Source: Batkoa obscura (lineage: Eukaryota). From it: DNA of 64,000 nucleotides. This document shows, piece by piece, positions 53,697 to 64,000 of the stretch. The position numbers were made by a program, and so were the translations under genes. Below the pieces are notes generated by a model that saw only the letters and a list, made by a program, of their open reading frames with translations, had not been told where the DNA came from and ran no database searches. The DNA lies in NCBI GenBank assembly GCA_030770535.1, contig JASVEC010000020.1, positions 62,001 through 126,000 on the forward strand, written 5' to 3'. Numbering within the stretch: the stretch's first letter is position 1; each line of letters begins with the position of its first letter.

Positions 53697-55185
53697 TACT
53701 TAATTAATGATAACTAATAAAGGAATATTTAAATTAATTTTGGCTTTCTAATTATACTTACTATAATACAAACTTATATGTTTGCCATAAAACTTAAAAT
53801 GCAGTATTTGTTAGTATAGTATAGAACATAGTATCCTTTCTATTCATTAATATATTAAAATAAATACATTTTTCGTTGAAACTCTATGATTTTGATAAAG
53901 AAATGATTACTATAGTAATTTAATGCCTTCAAGTCTTTAATGGATATAAATTTTTTAATATTATTAGATTATTAGTATAGCTAAGTTATTCTTTCCGAGC
54001 TAACAAGAGTGTTAAAGCAAAGTGTTTTATAAATTCATTGTAGCATAAGCTTAATAGAACTGGATTATTTCAAGTTTTGAGTTTTAATATCAATCTGTTC
54101 ATTTTGAAAAAGATAAGTTTCTAAAGCTCAAGTTCATCAACTAGTATTAAAAGCACAAATAGAGTGTTTGAATACTCAAAACTAGAAATTTAATATTGTT
54201 ATACCAATTTACTCAATGAATCCACTTTGATTTTTACTGTGATTGGATCTATCTTATCACCTACCACTTATTTGATACCTTGAAACAATATAAAAAGCAA
54301 CACAGATATTAAAGTTGATAAAAATCATATTAAAATGTCATCAAGTTCATTCACTGATGATGAGCTGATATTTTGTATTTTAGAGATATTATACTAGGGG
54401 TTTTATCCTATCTACTTAAAGCTGGAATACAAACTACGCGATATTGAGTCAATATGAAGCTTTTTCGAATCTAAAATAATTATTACTAGAATTGATATTA
54501 TGAAATGAAAATTTTTACAAGAATTTTACCTTATCTAAATAATATTTTTATAATTTCATTTTATTAAAATAATAAAGAATAATTGAAATGAATAACATTT
54601 TGGTTAAGGATATGTTTAAAACAGTTTTAAAATCATATGAATTCCTGTCCAAAAAAAACATTTTTCTAATTAATATTGGCAATGGATTCAACTTTGGCTG
54701 TAATAACTTTAGCATTTAAATATAGATTTAACATTTTTGATATATAAATTTATTTCATAATCTTATCAAACCGTTTCCACTGCTTTTCAATTCTGTTAAA
54801 CCTTTAGTTTTTCAATAACACTTGTTTTCCAAAGCTTCATACGAGTCTCAGCATACCTGCAACTACAGTATTGCACAAAGCTTGTAAATATTTGGATTTT
54901 TTTGAACTTTGAGTTTTAAATATTTCGATGAACTTTACCTTTAATGTAATTATGATCTTTTATACAATTTTATAAAGTTCTTATTCACTTTGTTAAATAA
55001 ATCTATTACAACTAAAAATTAAATTAAATAAAATCTCAAACAAACATTTAAAAACCAGCTTAATTACAAAAGAAATGGCGATACAACACTCACACTTTTA
55101 TATTTTAAGCTACTTTATTTAATAATTATTAACATGCAATGTATTTAATTTACAAATTGAATATTAAAAACGGATCAACTTATAT

Positions 55186-56653
55186 TTAATCTCTAGTACT
55201 TAATGTATTATAAGCATAGGCACTTAATGGATAAACAATTCCATTTCCTTTTCTAAAAGAATTGATATTTTAATAGATAAAAAGAGTAAAATGAATTTTA
55301 AGCTTACACCGATCTTATAGGTAAAAACCAAAGTATAATATTATCACCAAACACTTCGGTAAAATTTCGCCTAAAAGAAAAAACTTCAATTTATTATATT
55401 AAACAATATGAATAGAATATTACCATTTACCAACGTTAAAAACATTTAAATATTTGGAAGCAGTAGGCTCATCTTCTTCATCTACTTTATAAACTGTTCT
55501 TTCTAAATTTTCGATTGTTGTACGATTGTTGACTAATAAATAAATATGAAATCCAACAAAAAACAATAATAGGATAGCAAATAATCCTGAGATCAATAGC
55601 ATAAATACAAGTTGGATTTCATTTATAGATACAGGCTAGAATGGAATTGAATTATTAATTGTTATTGTGATTTTAAAGAGAGATATTGAAGTTACTAAAT
55701 GATCTGAAAAGATGTGAATAACTCCAGGTATTAGACATAACGCTATAAATAAGCAAAATAAATTGGCATAAAATATAAACAATAAAAAATATTTTTGATT
55801 ATGATATCCAACACAACTATTAATCCTATTAAAAAAATTAATTTAACTTTAGAAAAGAAATAAAGATAAATTACCATGGACAGTGACTAAAATAGAATTA
55901 AAATTAAATATTTTAGCTATTGATTATTATTCTGATGAATATGATACTTACTGATCCATTTTTAAAATACATCTAAAAGAAACAAATTAACAATTGAACG
56001 CAGTTATGAAAATGTCAAATCTTACTCCCCACAAATGGAACAATGATGGGTTCTATCTGGTTTATCAAAATTACATTTTCTACAAAATCTTCTTTCACCA
56101 CTTTGTTTAACAGTGATCATCTGAAACACAGGGCCGTCATTCGACGTTGAATTCCCTCTATTATCCGGTAATAATTTAGTCAATTGCTCAGGTTCAATAA
56201 TTTTAACTTGTTGTAGAGGTGTTATTTCTGCATCTAGAAAACTATGATTTTCTTCTAACGCTTGCTGTCTTTCTATTTCTTTCTTTTTTAATTCTTCCCA
56301 TGCCTAATGAAAAGTATAAGCTTTTTTTCTTATTGAATTTTTTTTTGCTTTACCTGCTTAGGCGTTCCAGGGTGTATAAAAACGACCATTAAATAAGTCC
56401 ATATGAAAAAAATAAATAGTACATGATAAACACTCATCAGGAAAGCCGCTTATAATTTCAACAATTCAATATTCATTTAATCATTTAAAAATGAAATCTT
56501 ACCAAGTCCTGTATTCTCAAAAATCTTAATAAATACATCTAAACAATAGACAAAATTGAATGCATAATAGGACCAAAACACTACCATTAAACATAATACC
56601 ACTGGTACATATCCTAACGCTTTCATTACTTGATGTTTGAGTTCTTTAGCCAT
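55186..56653 (-). CDS. DHHC palmitoyltransferase (Pfa3/ZDHHC2-like), multi-exon
   Basis: Spliced [55 protein letters not shown]..WFLP. Confidence 0.9.
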
Positions 56654-57365
56654 CGTTAATTTTCTTGATTTAAAAGAATTAAAAAAATGTAAATTTTCCG
56701 TTCTACTGCTTTTAGTTTTACCGCTTTTGAAAAATGATGGCTTATACTATTTGAATCTCAGATAATAACAGACTCTTTCAAAAGTAATCGAAGCTTTTAA
56801 GTGAATCCAATATGTGGATTTAAAGAATTGTAATATCACATATTCTTTAATAGTAAGTAGTTTTTATTCTTATACACGAAAAATTCATTATAATGTAATC
56901 AATAACTATCCTGTATTTGATTAGAAAACTAAATCAATCTTGAAAGAATTTATAATAATAACCAAAATTTAAAAAACCTAGCTAATTTGAAATTTTATGA
57001 TAGATTGATTGGATTAGGAATTGAAAACTTAGTAAATATGACTATCAGACAGGTGTAGGTGTTACAATAAAAAGAATTGTAGCTCTAGATAGTGTTTAAT
57101 TCTGATCAAAAAAATGGATATTATAAACTGTTAACAGTGTTTACTTAGTGTTGAATTGGGTACTAGGTTAGAGCCAAAGGTTAGGGTTTTGTTTTACAGC
57201 TGTTGTAATTCTTTTGGGACTTATTTAATGGTAATTTTTATAATTAAATTATTCATATACCTAATATTTCTTATAGCCTAATGTCTATATTTTAGCTAAA
57301 TTTTAGTATAACTTTTCTAAAATAAGTAGCTAATTAGTCACAAAAGAATTGCAGCAGCTATATAT

Positions 57366-57463
57366 GAGAATGTATTTTTATGTTTAAGAACTTTGCTAAC
57401 AATTCTTTCGCTCAAATAGCGCTTAAAAAATGGAAAAATAATGAAACCGAAAAAAACATCCCC
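57366..57463 (+). mobile_element. MITE copy
   Basis: ATAT/ATAT flanks. Confidence 0.9.
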
Positions 57464-57666
57464 ATATATTAATTTTATATTGTGTTTATTTTATATACGT
57501 TTATACTGATTAAACTTAAAGTAGTGAATATTTTACTTTTAAAACTATATAAAGAACCACAAAAATAAAATTTTCAAAAATATGAAATTATGTAATTATT
57601 ACTAGAAAATAATAAAACAATTATATTAAAAAAAGATTTCTTATTTTATAAAATAATCTATTATTT

Positions 57667-57763
57667 GGGGATGTATTTTTATGTTTAAGAATCCTACTAA
57701 CAAATTTTCCGCTCAAATAGCACTTAAAAGAGAAAAAGTAATGAAGCCAAAAAAAACAGCCCC
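57667..57763 (+). mobile_element. MITE copy
   Basis: ATTT/ATTT flanks. Confidence 0.9.
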
Positions 57764-59945
57764 ATTTAGATACAGAAAGTTTATTTATAGGCATTTAGAA
57801 AGTCAAAGATCATAAAAATTTCAAATATTTACCAATTTTATTTAATAATGTATCTACTTGTTACTATAAAGTTAAGTTATTGAACCTTTAAATAAATTAT
57901 AAGAGTTTTTTTATATAATTAAATGTTAAGTTAACTTACTAATATAGACCAAATATATATAAAGTTCAAAGTAAATAACACTTTTAAAGTCATCACTTTA
58001 ATTTCTATTTTTGATATCAATTAATAATATATATATTTATTCAAGTTTTGATTAATTTTATTGAATTGACACATATAAACCAGTTATAGAGTCTATGTAT
58101 GATTACTTGAAATTAATTCTATCGCTTTCATTTTTAACGATTATAAGAGTGAGTGGAAGGAACTTGAAAACTTTGACAGATTAGCCCATTATTGAGTAAC
58201 TAATTATTAAACAGTATCATTTATTCAGCTATATTATATTTGACAATTGAAAACCAATATCCTTATTCACCAAACCACAACACATCCTCTCATATTGTTA
58301 AATGAGCTTGATGGCATTACATTTTCAATTACACCAGTTTCTGTATCTAATGAAATTTTCATATTATTTTGAGATATCATATAAGCAAAAATATATGAAA
58401 TAGATGAAATAGATGAAATAATAGTAATTATCAAGGTAGATTTTATTTTAAAAGTAATTGATAGTAATAAAAACTTATGGTTTATAGTATTTGGATGTAG
58501 CAATGATGGCACTTTATATACTAATTAATGAGGTTGTAGCTGTATAAATTTATACTGTCTTTAAAAATGGAGTAAAGAAAAGTTATAGCTTAAAGTAGCT
58601 TACTTTTATTAGGTTGATGGAACAACAATATGGTTTATCAAACACTTTACTTTATCATGTTTTATTAACTAAGATAAAAATAAGTTTATTTGACTTATAA
58701 TATCATACATTAAAACATTATGTCTTAAAGATCGGGAGGTATTAGACAACCATAACAATTGATCTCCTATTGAGAAGTACATAGTTCTAATCAAAATCGA
58801 ACTTTACTAATTTGTTATTTATATTGTTTTTGAAGAGCATTAATACAAAAAGTTAGAGCTTGAAATAACTCAGTTACATTAAGTTGACGAAGCACTGACA
58901 AACTTTATAAAACTTTTTATTTTAATATGGTTTGTTAACTGGGATAAGAATAAGTTACCTTCATCTGTAATCTCATAATCTCAAGATACTATGAGAAAAT
59001 GCCAAAAATTCCATAAAATAAAATATAAGTATTCAAAAACGAAACAAATAGTTTTTTCATCAAACTTATAAATTATTATTTTTATATGTACTAAATTTCA
59101 AACTAATTACTACTTTTTGAAATATGAAAAAAGGTGCACAATGCTCAAAAATACTTCTGAAAAGAATATGATAAAGTATGATCAAATAATAAGAGTTGTA
59201 AAACCATGTTTTTTTCCACGAATTTATCAATATCTCATTGATATTGTGTATATTAAATTTAGTATTGCTTAAATTATTCGCTATTATGTATTACTCAAAG
59301 CTTCGAAAATAGTACATTAAGACAATATTTTTATCAGGAGTCGAAAACCAAATTACTAGCAAACCCTTTAGTGGTAGCCATTTCCTTTAACTATACCTCG
59401 GAAACAAGAAATTTGATAAATACAAAAATTTGTATGTATTATATTTAGAACATATACAATAAGTTTGAGTAGGGAAACTTCACCTAATCCCACCAATCAC
59501 TTCATTCTATGGGATTTTTGATCTTTCCTCATATCTATAATAAAGATTCAAAGGCACTATTGGTATAATATGAATATTTCATCTGAAAGTATATCATTTA
59601 GATATAAGTTGCATTTATTCCAATGTAGTGACGAACACAACTGAATTTATAATATAACCAGCTTTAAAACCTTATAACTTATATAACTGATATTTAGTTA
59701 GCACAAAATTTAATAAAATTATATCTTTAACATATTAATTGTCGAATTTTTATTCACTTACAATTAATTTGAAAAAGCAAATGGTGGAAAGTTATTACAG
59801 ATAAATCCATTTTTGTTCGTTGTTATGCTAAAAAATATTTTAAATTCAAAATATTCAATAGACATAAAAAGCTGTGTCATAATTATTTTATTTGAGAAAG
59901 TTAAAATAAGTAAATATAAAATTTTATTTAATAATTAATTAAATA

Positions 59946-61166
59946 CTAGTTTTCAACAAGATTCAACACATTAATAACTTGTCTAATATCTTTTTCTTGT
60001 TGACGAATAAAGTTGATATCCAAATGGTTCATTTCAATGAATTTTTCAGATAACGGCTTGACAGTGGCTATCTTTTTAGTTTTAGGACGATTAGTAGAGT
60101 TGGCTTCAAATATATTCATTGGTGCATTCACGGCTCTTTGAATCTTATTTCTCAAGGCAATATTGTTAGAATTAGCATGAACCAGGGCTTCGTCCCCTAA
60201 AATGCTTTCACTAGTACCATCTGCATTTACATTCATCATTCTACTATTTCCTTTATGAACATTATTGTTCTTATTAATTTCATTAGCAATAATATTGATC
60301 GTTTGCTTTTTTATAGATGAAAATCGGTTATAATAATAACAATAGCCATTTGCCCTTGTATTTAATGTTTGTGATACTCGTATATTATATGGCATTAATT
60401 TATCATTTGAATTGACATTTTTACCATCTATTTTACCATTATAAGTGTTTGATACTCTTGGATTACGTTCTTGCCATTCAAACCATAACAAATCAATAAA
60501 GGCATGATGTAAATAAAAGATAGGATCATTTGAAGAATACATAGTACTAAAATCCCCTTTATCTCCACCAATATTCATATGAACTGCACCATGAGGAGCA
60601 CCTTCAATTTGTTGACGAAATTGATCAAATGTTTTACTTCTACTTAATATTAATTCCAGTGCCTCTCTAGATACAAAAGGTGAAATCTCATTTCCTTCAT
60701 CAAAGTCCCTTCTTAAACAATGTATATTTGGAACTTGCATCATTATATCAGTAAATGGGCCATCTAAAACACATTTATCTTCACCTTGGCCATTACCACC
60801 AAAAATCTGAAAAACAATGGAATCAGCAGGGTTCTCAGCATCTATAGACCAATCCCAATAAGGCAATACCACTGTTGGATCTATTTTCTGTAACACAAGT
60901 TCAAACTTACGTAAATAAACCCGATGCCATGGTAAAAAAGCAGGTACACCATGAGCATAATCTGAATTTTCTAAATGAATATCAGAACTTTCAGCATATA
61001 AATCATACCCACCATAATTTCTTAAAGTAGCTAAAGCATATAAAAATTTATCTAGCTGAGCTTTACTCAATTCTCGAATTTCAGGACGACGTGTTAATTG
61101 ACTACATTGTTGAGATTCAACAATGGTAAGTAGTAATAAAGAAATAAACAAGACTAGCTTTAACAT
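59946..61166 (-). CDS. Secreted tyrosinase/catechol oxidase, copy 4 (ATG at 61166)
   Basis: Start placed by homology with copies 1-3; CuA/CuB motifs present. Confidence 0.95.
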   Translation of the reverse strand: MLKLVLFISLLLLTIVESQQCSQLTRRPEIRELSKAQLDKFLYALATLRNYGGYDLYAESSDIHLENSDYAHGVPAFLPWHRVYLRKFELVLQKIDPTVVLPYWDWSIDAENPADSIVFQIFGGNGQGEDKCVLDGPFTDIMMQVPNIHCLRRDFDEGNEISPFVSREALELILSRSKTFDQFRQQIEGAPHGAVHMNIGGDKGDFSTMYSSNDPIFYLHHAFIDLLWFEWQERNPRVSNTYNGKIDGKNVNSNDKLMPYNIRVSQTLNTRANGYCYYYNRFSSIKKQTINIIANEINKNNNVHKGNSRMMNVNADGTSESILGDEALVHANSNNIALRNKIQRAVNAPMNIFEANSTNRPKTKKIATVKPLSEKFIEMNHLDINFIRQQEKDIRQVINVLNLVEN

Positions 61167-61660
61167 TAAGTCAATGTAAATCAAACAAAAAATAAAGTTC
61201 TAAGTAAAAGTAATTTTTATTTATATACTCATTTATTGAACTAAAAATAAATTTGTATTTTTAGAAGTTAAGAGCCATCCTCTCCTTTGTATAACCAAGG
61301 CTATAACCTTAATATATCCTTTAGTTAATTGCGATATTACTATTTGTTTATCTTACCTCAGTAGATGAGTTGAGAGATTTAATCATGTATTGATTTTTTA
61401 CCTCCAATTACTAAATTAACGGTATCAATAATATAGTTTGCATTTAAGTTCATAAATTATATAGTAAATCTAGTAATAGTTGAAACTATTATTTTTTGAT
61501 TAATAATAATGGTTGTTTATTATTTATTTATTTGTAAATCAAACTAATCTAATCCAATCTCTAATTATTGACTTTCACCTCTCTTTAGTATTGTCATTAC
61601 TTTTATTATACTTGAGTTATTTAAAACTAGTTTGGGTTAAATTTAGCCTGTCAAAATCAT

Positions 61661-61754
61661 GTAATCATACTCTTGTTTCATTATTTCGTGCATTTTTTAA
61701 GCGCTATTAAGTGAATAAACTATAGTAAAATCCTTGAACAAAAAAGACATATCC
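61661..61754 (-). mobile_element. MITE copy (degenerate)
   Basis: TTTCATTATTT..TTTTAAGCGCTATT..AGTAAAAT core. Confidence 0.6.
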
Positions 61755-62008
61755 ATATGAAAATATTTTTAACAACCGTTCATTTTTACTGCTTTCTTAA
61801 AATTAATTAGCTAATACAACTGTTCAAGCCTGGATGTGTGGTGATACTAACTGTTCACTTTAAAATAAATTTTAGTTATTAAGCTGGAGGCTAGCATGAT
61901 AATACAAACAGTTGGCTATAAAAGTTATCACTAGCTAGTACATATTCGAACTTAAACAGATGTATTGACTGATTAATTTTTAAATTTCAAAAATAAAAAT
62001 GAACAATT

Positions 62009-62107
62009 GAGAGTGTTTTTTTTGACTTCATTATTTTTTCCATTTTTTAAGTGCCATTTAAGCCGAAAATTTGTTAGTAAAATTATTAAATACAAAAATA
62101 CATCCCC
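62009..62107 (-). mobile_element. MITE copy
   Basis: Family match, ending in ATACATCCCC. Confidence 0.85.
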
Positions 62108-62394
62108 ATTGGTAAAAATCACTCTCCCATATGTTAAATTATAAAATTAAATTGAAATAATAATTCAATTAATCTTTTTGTATCATTTTTTTGAGTCTTC
62201 TATTATTACTAGAGGCTATACCTATATAACGATATTAATAAAGTAAAATATCCTATATTAATGACAAAATAATAAAGAATAATAGTAAAGAATATAAAAG
62301 AATAACTCCTGATTTTTATTCAATTTTAATCAAAATAAATAAATACATATAAATAAAATATCCAGCAATCGATATCTACAAGAATATTAAAATC

Positions 62395-63547
62395 TTAAAT
62401 TCTAATTAAAGAATTGGCCATTTTTTCTCTCCATTCACAAATATCAGAAAATTGACAATTACCACATTTATAACTTGCTTCTTCAATATCAGTAACACCA
62501 GTTGGACTTCTCTTTTTAAACAAATAATTAAAAGTATCTTGAATTTTAGTTTCTGTTAAATTACTATCAAATTGAAACTCTATTTCTCCAATACTTTTAT
62601 TACTACTTTGTTCTTCATATTTGATTGTTAATAAATTAGAAGTTATTGGTAACTTGGCGAAATAACTTAACATTATTAAAAATAGTTGCTTTAATGTTAT
62701 TGTTTCAAGTATTTGGGTATCCTTAAATATTAATTTAGCTATGTCGTTTTTGATCAATTTGTTAATAAAAATTTTGGATAGTACTGAATCTTGGTTGCAA
62801 TTTTTGAATTTAAAATAACTATCAACGTCAAAAAAGAAAGTATCTTTGGCATCTTCACTATTAACATCATTATCATTATGTCCTTTATTTTCATTCATGT
62901 TCATCATTTGTTTACTGTATTCTATCATTTTATCTAACATTCTTTTATAAATCATTAATTGATATTTATGGTTTCTACTTTGGCCTTCCTTTGGTAATTT
63001 TAAACTATACCTTGTCTTAGTCTCAAATATTTTAATACCAACTTTTTCTTTTTCTATTACATCGATAACCCCAACAATAAACTTTATTTTTTCACTATCA
63101 CCCTTTCTTATAAACCCATATATCGGCAATTCTCTACAAATTTCTATTTCATTAAAACAATTAGTGTAATTTTATAATTTTTTATACAGTAAATTTACTT
63201 TTATCTAACAAAGTTTGAATCCTAAGGATACAATCGACTAATTTAAGCGCTTCTCTATCTACATAACTATCTGCTTCAATCGGTAAAACATCATGAATTT
63301 TCAATTCTAATTCCAAATGTCTTTTACTTCCCTCTTCCATTATTTTATTTGGTTTTGGTTTTCCATATAAATTAATATAATTATGTTGACATTCACACCA
63401 TTCTATTTGTACTAAATTAGTAACCGATAATCGATTTTGTCTAATTTGTTTTCGTTTATTCTTATTTTCAATTTCTTGAATAACTTTTAATAATCCTTCA
63501 TCTATACTATCATCACTAATGTATTCAATTTCATTATTATTGTTCAT
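62395..63547 (-). CDS. EXO5: Exonuclease V (Exo5/Dem1), one intron
   Basis: LSVT.L..EWCE.Q, G..RH..LE, RELPIYG, GVID, ETKTR, QLMIY and a C-terminal CxxC..C Fe-S motif. Confidence 0.9.
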
Positions 63548-63771
63548 TATCTCAAATTTTAGTTTTAAAAAAGCTAAAGAATAGGAATTACAATTATCTT
63601 TGACATTTACTAAATTTAAAATTTTCTTAATAAATTCAAATCTCCCATAAAAGTGTACAATTTAGGATCAAAACTAAACCAGCTTACGTTATCTGTCAAT
63701 AAACCTATAAAAGCTATCCAACCCAATTTATAAAGATAAAGTTTCTCAAACTTAAATAACATCTAGCAAAA

Positions 63772-64000
63772 ATGGAACAAACTTATATCATGGTCAAACC
63801 CGATGGTGTCCAACGTGGTCTCGTTGGTGAAATCATTAAACGTTTTGAAAACCGTGGTTTTCAATTATTAGCTCTTCAATTATTGACCCCAACCCGTCAA
63901 CATTTAGAAAATCACTATTCTGATTTATCTTCCAAGCCATTCTTCCCATCTTTAATTGACTATATGCTTAGTGGCCCAGTTGTTGGTATGGTTTGGTCCG
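63772..64000 (+). CDS. NDK1: Nucleoside diphosphate kinase (5' part; runs off the window)
   Basis: [45 protein letters not shown]. Confidence 0.95.
   Translation, partial: MEQTYIMVKPDGVQRGLVGEIIKRFENRGFQLLALQLLTPTRQHLENHYSDLSSKPFFPSLIDYMLSGPVVGMVWS

Noticed and set aside
58267..58790. 81 aa ORF and GC-richer patches as a possible gene relic
   Set aside because: No recognisable motif, no ATG-led coherent frame and no consistent splice model.

Overview
This is very AT-rich eukaryotic DNA with short (~45-65 nt) GT-AG introns. A Zn(II)2Cys6 factor and a fused THI6 gene mark it as fungal. Composition and secreted protease content suggest an early-diverging, possibly entomophthoralean (Conidiobolus-like) fungus, which is an inference. 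Housekeeping genes (a Sem1/DSS1-like gene, EAPP, ATP15, MCM6, a long-chain acyl-CoA synthetase, CDC6, a GIS2/CNBP-like gene, tRNA-Pro, THI6, a GSH1-like gene, a DHHC palmitoyltransferase, EXO5, NDK) are interleaved with duplicated accessory genes. These are four secreted tyrosinase-type enzymes, three serine beta-lactamase-fold hydrolases (one a pseudogene), two M14 carboxypeptidases and a trypsin. The main unexplained structures are: (i) a 2.45 kb Sola-like DDD DNA transposon with GGGG..CCCC ends and 4-bp AT-only target duplications, two remnants of it, and about 19 copies of a ~98 bp MITE sharing its ends and target rule; (ii) two old inverted duplications whose cores are freshly homogenised; (iii) solo LTRs and nested insertions; and (iv) a GSH1-like ligase whose cysteine-pocket residues appear altered.
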